From positions 1,278,805 to 1,342,804 of the forward strand of contig CP075367.1 in assembly GCA_019454165.1 (NCBI GenBank): DNA of 64,000 bases, read 5' to 3'. The stretch comes from Anaerolineales bacterium (GTDB lineage Bacteria; Chloroflexota; Anaerolineae; Anaerolineales; UBA11579). The notes beneath the pieces were generated by a model, which worked only from the letters and a program-made list of their open reading frames with translations, did not search any database and was not told the origin of the DNA. Both the position numbers and the translations under genes were made by a program. Positions 40,038-49,138 of the stretch are shown piece by piece (position 1 is the first letter of the stretch; each line of letters starts with the position of its first letter).

Positions 40038-40050
40038 GATGCTTAAGTAG

Positions 40051-40084
40051 AAAGAGAGGCAGCCGCAGGCTGCCTCTCTTTTGT
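40051..40084. terminator. Bidirectional terminator (serves rny on the minus strand)
   Basis: AGAGAGGCAGCC-GC-AGGCTGCCTCTCT is flanked by a partial A-run (GAAAG) upstream and T-runs (TTTTG) downstream. Confidence 0.8.
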
Positions 40085-40108
40085 GTTCTTTGTGGCTTGT
40101 GGTGAGTC

Positions 40109-41623
40109 CTACTTAGCGAACTCGCTCGCACGCGTCTCACGCAATACCGTCACCTTGATCTGGCCCGGGTACTGCATGGTCTCTTCGATTTTCTTGGCGA
40201 TGTCACGCGCCATGCGGGCCGCTTCCAGGTCGTCCACGTCCTCGGGGCGCACGATGATGCGCACCTCGCGGCCGGCCTGCAGCGCGTAGCTCTGCGTCAC
40301 GCCCTTGTACGAGTTGGCCAGGTCCTCCAGCGCCTTGATGCGCTTGATGTACTGCTCCAGGCTCTCGCGGCGGGCGCCGGGGCGGGCGCCCGAGATGGCG
40401 TCGGCTGCTTCCACGATCACCGCTTCCACGCTCTCCTGCTCCACCTCATGGTGGTGGGCGGCGATCGCATTGACCACCAGTGGGTTCACGCCGTAGCGCT
40501 TGGCGAACTCGGCGCCGATGGCGGCGTGCGTGCCCTCCACGTTGTGGTCCATCGCCTTGCCCAGATCGTGCAGCAGGCCGCCCATCTTGGCCAGCTCCAC
40601 ATCCGCGCCCAGCTCAGTGGCGATGACGCCGGCCAGGCCGGCGGCCTCGACTGCGTGGGCCAGCTGGTTCTGCCCGTACGAGGTGCGGTACTTCAGGCGC
40701 CCCAGCATCTTGACGATCTCTTTGTGCAGGTGCGGCACGCCAGCTTCGTAGACGGCGTTCTCGCCGGCCTCTTGCATGGCCTTGTCCACTTCGTCTTGCT
40801 CTTTCTTCAGCAGCTTCTCGATGCTGGCCGGGTGGATGCGGCCGTCCTGCACCAGCTTCTGCAGCGTGCGGCGGGCAACCTCACGCCGCACGGGGTCGAA
40901 GCTGGAGATGGTGACCGCCTCGGGCGTGTCATCGACGATGACGTCAACCCCGGCTGCCTGCTCGAATGAGCGGATGTTGCGGCCATTGCGGCCGATGATG
41001 CGGCCCTTCATATCGTCTGAGGGCAGGGTCACCACCGAGGTGGTGTTCTCTGAAACATACTCAGACGCTACGCGCTGTACGGCCATGGCCACCAGGTTGC
41101 GGGCGCGCTTGTCGCCTTCTTCCTTGGCCTCGGCCTCGATCTGGCGGATGATGCGCGCCATATCGCCGCGCGATTCTTTCTCGACCTCGTCCATGAGCAC
41201 TTTGCGGGCTTCGTCCCGCGTCATGGAGGAGACGCTTTCCAGCTTTTTGACGATCTCGCCGCGCTGTTCGTCGAGCTCGTTGTTGCGCTTGTCCAGGTTG
41301 CTCTGGCGTTTGTTCAGGGTTTGCTCGCGCTCCTCCAGCTTCTCGGTGCGGCTGTCGAGGTCAGAGCGGCGGCTGCGCAGCCGGTCGTCCTCGCGGCTCA
41401 GGTCCTTGCGCTTGCGCTCGATGTCGCCCTCGGCGCGTTGGCGCAACTCAAGCGCTTCGTTCTTGGCCTTGAGCTCAACGCTCTTGGCCTCCTCGCGCGC
41501 CTGCGCCAGAATGCGGTCGGCCTCCTCCTGGTTGCGCCGCTTGGCGCTCTGCACTTGCAGGTGGCGCAGCCCAAAGCCGGCTGCAGCTGCCACAAGGGCT
41601 ACGATGATGGTGATGGTGTCCAT
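40109..41623 (-). CDS. rny: Ribonuclease Y
   Basis: 504 aa with an N-terminal TM segment, a Glu/Lys/Arg-rich coiled coil, a KH domain (MKGRIIGRNGRNIRSFE) and an HD domain (LLHDLGKA). Confidence 0.96.
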   Translation of the reverse strand: MDTITIIVALVAAAAGFGLRHLQVQSAKRRNQEEADRILAQAREEAKSVELKAKNEALELRQRAEGDIERKRKDLSREDDRLRSRRSDLDSRTEKLEEREQTLNKRQSNLDKRNNELDEQRGEIVKKLESVSSMTRDEARKVLMDEVEKESRGDMARIIRQIEAEAKEEGDKRARNLVAMAVQRVASEYVSENTTSVVTLPSDDMKGRIIGRNGRNIRSFEQAAGVDVIVDDTPEAVTISSFDPVRREVARRTLQKLVQDGRIHPASIEKLLKKEQDEVDKAMQEAGENAVYEAGVPHLHKEIVKMLGRLKYRTSYGQNQLAHAVEAAGLAGVIATELGADVELAKMGGLLHDLGKAMDHNVEGTHAAIGAEFAKRYGVNPLVVNAIAAHHHEVEQESVEAVIVEAADAISGARPGARRESLEQYIKRIKALEDLANSYKGVTQSYALQAGREVRIIVRPEDVDDLEAARMARDIAKKIEETMQYPGQIKVTVLRETRASEFAK

Positions 41624-41635
41624 GTTCTTTTAGTG

Positions 41636-42268
41636 TTACCTCGTTTCTTGTGAGTGGGCACGCTGCCAGGCCTCGCTGCAGACATCGGCTACGATGTCGT
41701 AGCCGAAGCCGCGGCGGGCCAGGTGCGCGCCAAGCTTGGTGCGGAAGGTTTCCCAGTCCAGCCCCTGCAGCTGGCGCAGTTTGCGCTCAGCTGCCTGGCT
41801 GGCCAATGCGTGCTCGTCAATATTCTGCACGGCATCGTCAATAAGTGCGTCTGGCATCCCCTTGAGGCGCAGCTCCATGCGCAGGGCACGTGCCCCGCGC
41901 GGCTTGAACGCGGCGCGGTCCTCGACCCAGCGGCGGGCGAAATCGGCGTCGTCGAGCAGGCCGTTGGCCCGCAGGCGCTCGATGACCGCATCGATCACAT
42001 CCGGCGCAACCTCAAACTTCTTGAGGTTGCGCTGCACCTCGGCCGTGGAGCGGGGGCGGTAGCTGATGAAGTTGAGGGCGCGCTGCAAGGCAGCTTCTAC
42101 CCCGTCTTTGGCTTGCAACTCGGCGATCTTTTCAGGGGCGAGCTCTTGACCCAGCGTGAGCCAGGCCGCCACGATCTTGGCCAGGGGAAAGGCATATTCC
42201 CCATCCAGGTAAATATTGACCCGGTTGGGGTTGCGCTTCTGTTGCGTGATCGCAGTAATCGTTCCCAT
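41636..42268 (-). CDS. recX: Recombination regulator RecX
   Basis: 210 aa from the ATG at 42268. The call rests on the NRVNIYLDGEYAFPL..., YRPRSTAEV...L and DDADFARRWVE repeat pattern, and on the position downstream of recA. The track ORF extends spuriously to 42346. Confidence 0.88.
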   Translation of the reverse strand: MGTITAITQQKRNPNRVNIYLDGEYAFPLAKIVAAWLTLGQELAPEKIAELQAKDGVEAALQRALNFISYRPRSTAEVQRNLKKFEVAPDVIDAVIERLRANGLLDDADFARRWVEDRAAFKPRGARALRMELRLKGMPDALIDDAVQNIDEHALASQAAERKLRQLQGLDWETFRTKLGAHLARRGFGYDIVADVCSEAWQRAHSQETR

Positions 42269-42533
42269 AACAAAAACAGCCGTTCGGCCAGGGCCGCGGC
42301 TGCTTTGGCTGGTTCTGAGTGCTGCTGAAGTTGTGCTACGGCACACTACGGCATAGCGCCGTGTGTGGATGCGTTTACAGGCGCAGAAGTCCCCTTGAGG
42401 GGGTGGTGCACTGGTGCGCGAGTGAGATCATATGCGTAGCGTTACGTATCAGCCCGCCGAAGGTTTGCTTTCGGCATCGTCCAGAATTCAGTTGAAAAGC
42501 CAGCCGGCCTGTGGCCGGCCTGGCTGCCGTGAT

Positions 42534-43559
42534 CTAGTCTTCTTCGGTGGGCTCGGCAGGGCCCAACAGCATGTTGGGGTCTGCCTGGGCACGCACCTTT
42601 TGTTCGATCTCGGCGGCCAGGTTTTTGTTCTCCCGCAAGAAGGCTTTCGCATTCTCACGGCCTTGCCCCAAACGCTCCTCGCCGTACAAATAGTGCGAGC
42701 CACGCTTGGTGATGATGTCCATTTGGCTAGCCAAGTCCAGCAGGTCGCCAGCCTTGGAGATGCCCTCATTATACATGATGTCAAATTCGGCAGTGCGGAA
42801 GGGGGCCGAGACCTTGTTTTTGACGATGCGCACCCGGGTGCGGCTGCCTACAATGTCTTGGCCTTCTTTAATAGACTGGATCCGGCGCACATCCATGCGC
42901 ACTGAGGCGTAGAACTTGAGGGCCATGCCGCCCGTGGTGGTCTCGGGATTGCCGAACATGACGCCGATCTTCTGGCGCAGTTGGTTCGTGAACACGACCG
43001 CCGTATTCGTCTGACGAATGACGCCGGAGAGCTTGCGCAGCGCCTGCGACATCAGGCGGGCCTGCATCCCCATGGTGGCGTCGCCCATGTCGCCCTCGAT
43101 CTCGGAGCGCGGCACCAGCGCCGCCACCGAATCGACGATGACCACATCCACCGCCCCCGAGCGCACCAGCGCCTCGGCAATCTCGAGCGCCTGTTCGCCC
43201 GTATCCGGTTGGGAGACCAGCAGCTTCTCGATGTCCACGCCGCAGCGAGCCGCGTAGTTGGGGTCCAGGGCGTGTTCCATGTCCACGTAGGCGGCCGTGC
43301 CGCCGCGCTGCTGCACCTCGGCCACGATGTGCTGGCAGATGGTGGTCTTGCCCGAGGATTCGGGGCCGTAGATCTCGGTCACCCGCCCGCGCGGCACGCC
43401 GCCCACGCCGAGCGCCAGGTCGAGCGAAAGGGAGCCAGTGGGGATGGCATCCACCTCCATGCTCTCTGATTCGCCCAGGCGCATGATGCTGCCTTCGCCC
43501 CAGCGTTTAGTGATCTGTTCAAGCGCATTTTGCAGCGCGTTGTCTTTTTCTTTGCTCAT
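42534..43559 (-). CDS. recA: Recombinase RecA
   Basis: 341 aa with [16 protein letters not shown] (Walker A), [10 protein letters not shown] and the canonical L1/L2 regions. Confidence 0.99.
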   Translation of the reverse strand: MSKEKDNALQNALEQITKRWGEGSIMRLGESESMEVDAIPTGSLSLDLALGVGGVPRGRVTEIYGPESSGKTTICQHIVAEVQQRGGTAAYVDMEHALDPNYAARCGVDIEKLLVSQPDTGEQALEIAEALVRSGAVDVVIVDSVAALVPRSEIEGDMGDATMGMQARLMSQALRKLSGVIRQTNTAVVFTNQLRQKIGVMFGNPETTTGGMALKFYASVRMDVRRIQSIKEGQDIVGSRTRVRIVKNKVSAPFRTAEFDIMYNEGISKAGDLLDLASQMDIITKRGSHYLYGEERLGQGRENAKAFLRENKNLAAEIEQKVRAQADPNMLLGPAEPTEED

Positions 43560-43770
43560 GGTCTCTTTCTAACGGGTCAGGCCAGTGTACCAGCGATGGA
43601 AAGATCGTGTTGGGAAAGTGAAAGGGGAGTAGGAATATGAGCTTAGGGTCATTCGTCACTAGGTCACGACTCAGGTAGTAGTATTATAAATCCGCATCTG
43701 AGAAGACATTCCCGTGCTCGCCGCGGCTGTTTTCCCGACGACTCAACGCTGGATAGGATAAAGCACCACC

Positions 43771-46038
43771 ATGGCAGACCTACGACAAGACGCGCTCGAT
43801 TACCACCACCTCAATGACAAGCCCGGCAAGATCTCGATCTTGCCCACCAAGCCGCTGGATACGCAGCGCGACCTGGCCTTGGCCTATTCGCCCGGCGTGG
43901 CCGAGCCGGTGCTTGAGATCGAAAAAGACCCCAGCCTGGCCTACAAATACACCGCCAAGGGCAACCTGGTGGCGGTCATCTCCAACGGCACCGCCATCCT
44001 GGGCCTGGGCGATCGAGGCCCGCTGGCCTCCAAGCCTGTGATGGAAGGCAAAGGCGTGCTCTTCAAGAAGTTTGCCGATATTGACGTCTTTGACATCGAG
44101 GTCAACGCCACGGATGTGGACGAGCTGGTGCGCATCATCGCCGGCATTGCACCCACCTTCGGCGGGATCAACCTGGAGGACATCAAAGCCCCCGAATGCT
44201 TCGAGGTCGAGCGCCGCCTGATCGAGATGCTCGACATCCCCGTTTTTCACGATGACCAGCACGGTACCGCCATCATCGCCAGCGCTGGCCTGCTGAATGG
44301 ATTGGACCTGCAGGGTAAGAAGATCGAGAAGGTCAAGATCGTCGTCTCCGGCGCCGGCGCCTCGGCGCTCACCTGCGCCCGCATGGCGATCAAGCTGGGC
44401 GCCAAGCCTGAGAACGTGCTGCTGGTGGACAGCAAGGGCGTGGTCTACAAAGGCCGCACCGAGGGCATGAACCAATATAAGGAAGAGTTCGCCGTGGAGA
44501 CCAAGGCCCGCAGCCTGGCGGATGCCATGAACGGCGCGGATGTGTTCTACGGCCTGTCCGTGGGCGGCCTGTTGACCCCGGAAATGGTCAAGACCATGGC
44601 CAAGAAGCCGCTCATCTTCGCCATGGCCAACCCCGACCCGGAGATCAGCTATGACCTGGCCAAGCAGACCCGGCCGGATGCGATCGTGGCCACCGGCCGC
44701 TCTGACTTCCCCAACCAGATCAACAACGTGCTCGGTTTCCCCTTCATCTTCCGCGGCGCGCTGGATGTGCGCGCCCGCACCATCAACGATGAGATGAAGG
44801 CCGCCGCCGCCCGCGCCCTGGCAGCCCTGGCGCGGGAAGATGTGCCAGACAGCGTGCTGCGCGCCTACGGCATCGAGAGCCTCAAGTTCGGGCCAGACTA
44901 CATCATCCCCAAGCCGTTCGATCCGCGTGTGCTGCTGTGGGAGGCGCCGGCCGTGGCCGGGGCGGCCATGCAGTCCGGCGTGGCCCAGCAGCCGGTGGAC
45001 CTGCAGCAATACCGCGATGAGCTGGCCCTGCGCCAGGGCCGCGGCCAGCAGGTGCGCCAATACTTCATCAACAAGGCCAAGTTGCTCAAACAGCGCGCCC
45101 GGGTCGTCTTCCCCGAAGGCGAGGACGGCAAGATCCTGCGCGCCGCCGCCCAGGTGGAGGAGGAGGGCATTGCCCATCCCATCCTCATCGCCCGCCCGGA
45201 GGTGATCGAGCAGCAGCTGGCCGATCTGGGCCTCGATTACAAGCCAGAGATCGTGGATCTGCGCACCTTCGACAAGACGGACGCGTACTACCAGGTCTAC
45301 TACGAGCTGCGCCAGCGCAGCGGCGTCACCCGCGTCAGCGCAGAGAAGATGCTGCGTGACCGCAATGCCTTCGCTGCCATGATGGTCAAGATGGGCGATG
45401 CGGATGCCATGATCTCGGGCCGCACCTTCGAGTATCCCGAAGTGATCCGGCCCGCCCTGCAGATCCACCACACCGCCCCCGGCGTCAACAAGGCCTGCGG
45501 CGTCTACATTCTCATCATCGAGCAGCGCGTGTATCTGTTCACCGACGCGACTGTCAACATTGACCCCAGCGCCGAGGATCTGGCCGACATTGCCATCCTG
45601 GCGGCCGACTTTGCCCGCCAGATCGGCCTGGAGCCGCGCGTGGCCATGCTCTCGTTCTCCAACTTCGGCGCTACGCCGCACCCGCAGTCGTTCAAGGTGC
45701 GCAAGGCGGTCGAGCTGGCGCAAGCGCGTGCCCCCGAGCTGGTCATTGACGGCGAGATGCAGGCCGATACCGCCGTAGTGTCCGAGATAGTCGAGAACCG
45801 CTATCCTTTCAGCAAAGTGAAGAACGCCAATGTGCTCGTCTTCCCCTCGCTGGAATCGGCCAACGTCAGCTACAAGCTGCTCAACCGCCTGGGCGGCGCC
45901 CACACCATCGGCCCGATCCTGCTCGGCCTCGGCGCGCCGATCCAAGTGCTACAAACTGGCGATCAGGTGCAGGACATCGTCAACATGACCGCCGTCGCCG
46001 TCCTGGATGCGGACGGAAGAATGAACGCCAAGAAATAG
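43771..46038 (+). CDS. maeB: NADP-dependent malic enzyme (malic enzyme domain plus phosphotransacetylase-like domain)
   Basis: 755 aa with [12 protein letters not shown], the GAGASA Rossmann loop, and a C-terminal PTA-like half ([16 protein letters not shown]). Confidence 0.93.
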   Translation: MADLRQDALDYHHLNDKPGKISILPTKPLDTQRDLALAYSPGVAEPVLEIEKDPSLAYKYTAKGNLVAVISNGTAILGLGDRGPLASKPVMEGKGVLFKKFADIDVFDIEVNATDVDELVRIIAGIAPTFGGINLEDIKAPECFEVERRLIEMLDIPVFHDDQHGTAIIASAGLLNGLDLQGKKIEKVKIVVSGAGASALTCARMAIKLGAKPENVLLVDSKGVVYKGRTEGMNQYKEEFAVETKARSLADAMNGADVFYGLSVGGLLTPEMVKTMAKKPLIFAMANPDPEISYDLAKQTRPDAIVATGRSDFPNQINNVLGFPFIFRGALDVRARTINDEMKAAAARALAALAREDVPDSVLRAYGIESLKFGPDYIIPKPFDPRVLLWEAPAVAGAAMQSGVAQQPVDLQQYRDELALRQGRGQQVRQYFINKAKLLKQRARVVFPEGEDGKILRAAAQVEEEGIAHPILIARPEVIEQQLADLGLDYKPEIVDLRTFDKTDAYYQVYYELRQRSGVTRVSAEKMLRDRNAFAAMMVKMGDADAMISGRTFEYPEVIRPALQIHHTAPGVNKACGVYILIIEQRVYLFTDATVNIDPSAEDLADIAILAADFARQIGLEPRVAMLSFSNFGATPHPQSFKVRKAVELAQARAPELVIDGEMQADTAVVSEIVENRYPFSKVKNANVLVFPSLESANVSYKLLNRLGGAHTIGPILLGLGAPIQVLQTGDQVQDIVNMTAVAVLDADGRMNAKK

Positions 46039-46066
46039 CAGTCCCCAAGTGCGTCGCTCATAAAGT

Positions 46067-46089
46067 AGGGCGGGTCTCAGACCCGCCCT
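46067..46089 (+). terminator. Hairpin AGGGCGGGTCTCAGACCCGCCCT after maeB (repeat copy 1)
   Basis: A perfect 9-bp GC stem is followed by TTGCTTTG. An identical core recurs at 46282-46303. Confidence 0.6.
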
Positions 46090-46118
46090 TTGCTTTGCCG
46101 TCATTGCCGGATATTGTG

Positions 46119-46266
46119 TGTCATTGCGAGGCCTGCGGAAAGTTGCATTGCGCGTCATTGCGAGGCCGTGAGGCGGGGTAGCCGCTGAACAACGAAGCAA
46201 TCCCCAACACCCTGCTTGGGGATTGCTTCACTCGCGCTACTTCGTAGCGCTTCATTCGCAAAGACA
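46119..46266. repeat. Palindromic intergenic repeat element (GTCATTGCGAGGC ... GAAGCAATCCCC / GGGGATTGCTTC ... CATTCGCAAAGAC)
   Basis: GTCATTGCGAGGC occurs twice (46120-46132 and 46154-46166). The inner inverted repeat GAAGCAATCCCCA (46194-46206) faces TGGGGATTGCTTC (46217-46229). A degenerate outer arm lies at 46252-46265. Confidence 0.7.
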
Positions 46267-46281
46267 AGCATGCTGGGTGTA

Positions 46282-46303
46282 GGGGCGGGTCTCAGACCCG
46301 CCC
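46282..46303 (+). repeat. Second copy of the GGGCGGGTCTCAGACCCGCCC hairpin, followed by a T6 tract
   Basis: The 21-nt core is identical to that at 46068-46088. It is followed by TTTTTTG, so it looks like a terminator with no gene to terminate. Confidence 0.7.
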
Positions 46304-46318
46304 TTTTTTGTTACTCCC

Positions 46319-46419
46319 GTCATTCCGACCGAGTGCAGCGAGGGAGGAATCCATTAGGACATAAGAAATCAACTCGATTTTTCTTGCCCTAAAGGATTCC
46401 TCGCTTCGCTCGGAATGAC
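46319..46419. repeat. Palindromic intergenic repeat element (GTCATTCCGAGCGAAGCGAGGAATCC family), about 100 bp, MITE-like
   Basis: The left arm GTCATTCCGACCGAGTGCAGCGAGGGAGGAATCC (46319-46352) faces the right arm GGATTCCTCGCTTCGCTCGGAATGAC (46394-46419). Confidence 0.75.
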
Positions 46420-46453
46420 AGCATCCCTCATCCTTCCCTCCATCCCCTCCCGA

Positions 46454-46459
46454 TATAAT
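46454..46459 (+). promoter_or_regulatory. TATAAT box 8 nt upstream of the phosphatase ATG (leaderless transcript predicted)
   Basis: CGATATAATCACCCACAATG with no SD. The TATAATCAC context matches that of the rpoB promoter. Confidence 0.45.
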
Positions 46460-46467
46460 CACCCACA

Positions 46468-46962
46468 ATGTCCACGCCCACCCGCATCCTCTTCGTCTGC
46501 CTCGGTAACATCATCCGCAGCCCGCTGGGCGAAAAGCTCTTCGAGCACGTCGCCAACGAAGCCGGAGTAGGGGAGAAGTACGAGGTCGACTCGGCCGGCA
46601 CCTCCGCCTACCACATCGGCGAGTTGCCTGACGAGCGCATGCGCCGCACCGCCAAGCGGCGCGGCTTCGTGTACGGCGGCAGCGCCCGCCAGGTCAAGCC
46701 GCGCGACCTGGATGATTTTGACCTCGTGATCGCCATGGACATGGAGAACATGCACAACCTGCTGGCCCTGGCCCGCACCGAGGAGCAGCGCGCCAAGATC
46801 CACCTCATGCGCAGCTTCGACCCGGACGCGGACGGCGCGGTAGCCGTGCCCGACCCCTGGTACGACGGCCCGCAGGGTTTCGAGACCGTCTACGACATCG
46901 TAGACCGCAGCGTGCGCGGACTGCTGCACGCCATCGAGAGCGGTAACCTCAAAGTCAAATGA
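46468..46962 (+). CDS. Low-molecular-weight protein-tyrosine phosphatase
   Basis: 164 aa. ILFVCLGNIIRSP is the CX5R(S/T) P-loop, and the DP catalytic Asp (VPDPWY) is present. Confidence 0.92.
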   Translation: MSTPTRILFVCLGNIIRSPLGEKLFEHVANEAGVGEKYEVDSAGTSAYHIGELPDERMRRTAKRRGFVYGGSARQVKPRDLDDFDLVIAMDMENMHNLLALARTEEQRAKIHLMRSFDPDADGAVAVPDPWYDGPQGFETVYDIVDRSVRGLLHAIESGNLKVK

Positions 46963-47816
46963 AGCTGCCCGCCGCTGTGACCGAATGGCTCGCCCAGCAC
47001 GGCCACGGCGCCATCGCCTCCAACAGCCCGGCCGCCGGCGGCTGCATCAACAATGGCGCCCATCTGCTCACGCAGTCGGGCGCCCGCTTCTTTCTAAAGA
47101 CGAATTCGCACGCTCCCGCGGACATGTTCGCCCGCGAGGCCGAGGGGTTGGCCGCCTTGGCTGCCACAGCCAGCCTACGCGTCCCTGCCGTCCACCTGGC
47201 CGGCCCGGACTTCCTGCTGCTCGAAGATCTGCAGCCGGCCACCCGCGCCGCGGACTACTGGACGGCGCTGGGGCGTGGCCTGGCTCGGCTGCACCAGCAC
47301 ACCAGCCCTGAATTCGGCTTTGCGCACGACAACTACATCGGCAGCACGCCGCAGCCCAACGGCTGGCTGGCAGATGGCTATGTATTCTTCGCCGAACGGC
47401 GCCTGGGCTACCAGGCCCGCCTTGCGCATAGCCGTGGCCTGCTGACCGCAGCCGAGGTCGCCGCCATCGAGCGCCTGGCCGCCCGGCTGCCGCAGCTGGT
47501 GCCGCCGCAGCCGGCCAGCCTGCTGCACGGCGACCTGTGGGCCGGCAATGCCATCGCCGATGTGCACGGCGCACCGGCGCTGATCGACCCAGCCGTCTAC
47601 TACGGCTGGGCCGAAGCCGAGCTGGCCATGACCGCGCTGTTCGGCGGCTTCCCGCCCGAGTTCTACGCCGCCTATGTGGCAGAGCGCCCGCTGGAACCCG
47701 GCTGGCGTGAGCGCTTTGGCTTATACAACCTGTACCATCTGCTAAACCATCTGAATCTATTCGGGCGCAGCTATCATGCGCAGGTGATGGAGATCGTGAA
47801 TAGCTATAAGCTGTAA
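46959..47816 (+). CDS. Fructosamine/ketosamine kinase family protein
   Basis: 285 aa with LLHGDLWAGN, IDPAVYYGWAEAELAM and LYNLYHLLNHLNLFG. It overlaps the upstream gene by 4 nt. Confidence 0.9.
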   Translation: MKLPAAVTEWLAQHGHGAIASNSPAAGGCINNGAHLLTQSGARFFLKTNSHAPADMFAREAEGLAALAATASLRVPAVHLAGPDFLLLEDLQPATRAADYWTALGRGLARLHQHTSPEFGFAHDNYIGSTPQPNGWLADGYVFFAERRLGYQARLAHSRGLLTAAEVAAIERLAARLPQLVPPQPASLLHGDLWAGNAIADVHGAPALIDPAVYYGWAEAELAMTALFGGFPPEFYAAYVAERPLEPGWRERFGLYNLYHLLNHLNLFGRSYHAQVMEIVNSYKL

Positions 47817-47889
47817 GCTATAAGCCGTCAGCTTTCAGCTGTCAGCTATTCAACAAAAACCTAAAGCTTTTAAGTGCCTGCCGATATAG

Positions 47890-47915
47890 TGTCATCCTGA
47901 GCGAAGCGAAGGATC
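47890..47915. repeat. Solo half-copy of the dispersed repeat (GTCATCCTGAGCGAAGCGAAGGATCC)
   Basis: It matches the arm consensus seen at 46394-46419 (in reverse complement) and at 27934-27960. Confidence 0.65.
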
Positions 47916-48001
47916 CTTATAGAGTTGAACTTTGTGCTCTTTGTGCCTTTTTGCCTTTGTGGTTAAGCCTTTCTCAAATTGGTATTATCATCTTTCACTC
48001 T

Positions 48002-49138
48002 ATGGACTCGATCCGCATTGAGCGCATCACACTCAAAGACCTGCCCGCCGTTGCCGCTCGTTATGCTGAGCGCGCCCCGCGCGGCACCTTCATCCCCATC
48101 ACCCAGCACCGCGCCGCCGCCATGACCCAAAACCCGCACGCCACGTCTGAAGACGTGGCGCTGCTGCTGGCCCTGGATGGCGAGCGTCCGGTCGGCTACT
48201 TCGGCGTCATGGCGGTGCAGTTGGCCCATGCGGGCCACCTGCACACCGTCCACTGGCTCACCACCTGGGCCGTCAGCAAAGATATGCTGGGTAAGGGGCT
48301 TGGCTCGCGCCTGATGCAGGCCGCCCTGGACCTGGATGTTGATCTGGCCATCGTGGGCAGCGCGCCGGCCCGCCGGGTCAGCGCCAAGTTTGGCTTCAAG
48401 GAAGTGCAGCCGCTGCACTACGCACGTATCAACTTCGATCTCCTAGGGCGCTACAACCCGCTCAGCCTGGTGCTGCGCGGCGTGCGCAAGCTCGCCAAGC
48501 TAGCTGGCTTCAACATCCACATTGAGCCCGTGTTAGGTTTCTTTCATACACTTTTCGAAACCCTGATCGGCTGGTTGCTGCGCCCGCTGTGGTATCTGAT
48601 CGCCTACATCGGCGTCAGCGAGCCTGCGCCGACCCAGAAGCTTGTTCCGCCTGTGCAGCTGGAGGCTCCGCCGCCAGCTGGCACCGGCTTCTACCGCGAC
48701 AGCCAGGTACTGAGCTGGATGCTGGAGCACCGCTGGGTCATGCCCTGGCCTTCGGACAGCGCCTGGCTGGACTATGAGTTTACCGATTGGCGCTCAGGCT
48801 TCCAGATCTTTGGCGTCGGTGACGAGCGTGAGTATGCGCTTTTCCAGTACTCCAAGATCCGCGGCCGCGGTGTGCTAAAGGTGCTCGACGCCACGCTGCC
48901 GCTCCGCCGTCTGCTGCCGGCCGCCCTGTGGGCGGCGGTCAGCCGCGGCGCACGCATCATCGAAGGCCCGGCCGCCCTGGCCGATGCGCTCAATCCGTTG
49001 GCGCGCGCTCTGTTCGTGCAGCGCCTGGAGCGCACGCTGCAGCTGCACCCGCGGGCGGGTGTGAGTCCGCTGGCGCAAGCCATCTCCAGTGGCAAGTTCA
49101 CGCAGCACTATACCGACGGCGACATGGCGTTCACCTAA
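48002..49138 (+). CDS. GNAT-family N-acetyltransferase domain fused to a ~230-aa C-terminal region of unknown function
   Basis: 378 aa from the ATG at 48002. WAVSKDMLGKGLGSRLMQAAL is the acetyl-CoA-binding motif A (Q/RxxGxG/A). I do not recognise the C-terminal part. Confidence 0.7.
   Translation: MDSIRIERITLKDLPAVAARYAERAPRGTFIPITQHRAAAMTQNPHATSEDVALLLALDGERPVGYFGVMAVQLAHAGHLHTVHWLTTWAVSKDMLGKGLGSRLMQAALDLDVDLAIVGSAPARRVSAKFGFKEVQPLHYARINFDLLGRYNPLSLVLRGVRKLAKLAGFNIHIEPVLGFFHTLFETLIGWLLRPLWYLIAYIGVSEPAPTQKLVPPVQLEAPPPAGTGFYRDSQVLSWMLEHRWVMPWPSDSAWLDYEFTDWRSGFQIFGVGDEREYALFQYSKIRGRGVLKVLDATLPLRRLLPAALWAAVSRGARIIEGPAALADALNPLARALFVQRLERTLQLHPRAGVSPLAQAISSGKFTQHYTDGDMAFT

Noticed and set aside
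28047-40108. Possibility that the whole accessory stretch is a prophage, an integrative element or a known defence island.
   Set aside because: There is no integrase, transposase, recombinase, phage structural gene, tRNA attachment site or flanking direct repeats. Apart from the ~0.5-kb cassette at 29165-29690, the composition matches the rest of the chromosome.
43560-43770. LexA (SOS) box upstream of recA.
   Set aside because: No GAAC-N4-GTTC or CTGT-N8-ACAG palindrome is present. The direct repeats GGTCA..GTCAC..GGTCAC near 43650-43675 are too weak to call.
48928-49137. The 70-codon N-terminal extension of the deacetylase track ORF, which overlaps the GNAT gene.
   Set aside because: It is out of frame with, and completely inside, the upstream gene. 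The ATG at 49138 in a TAATG coupling context gives a sensible N-terminus.
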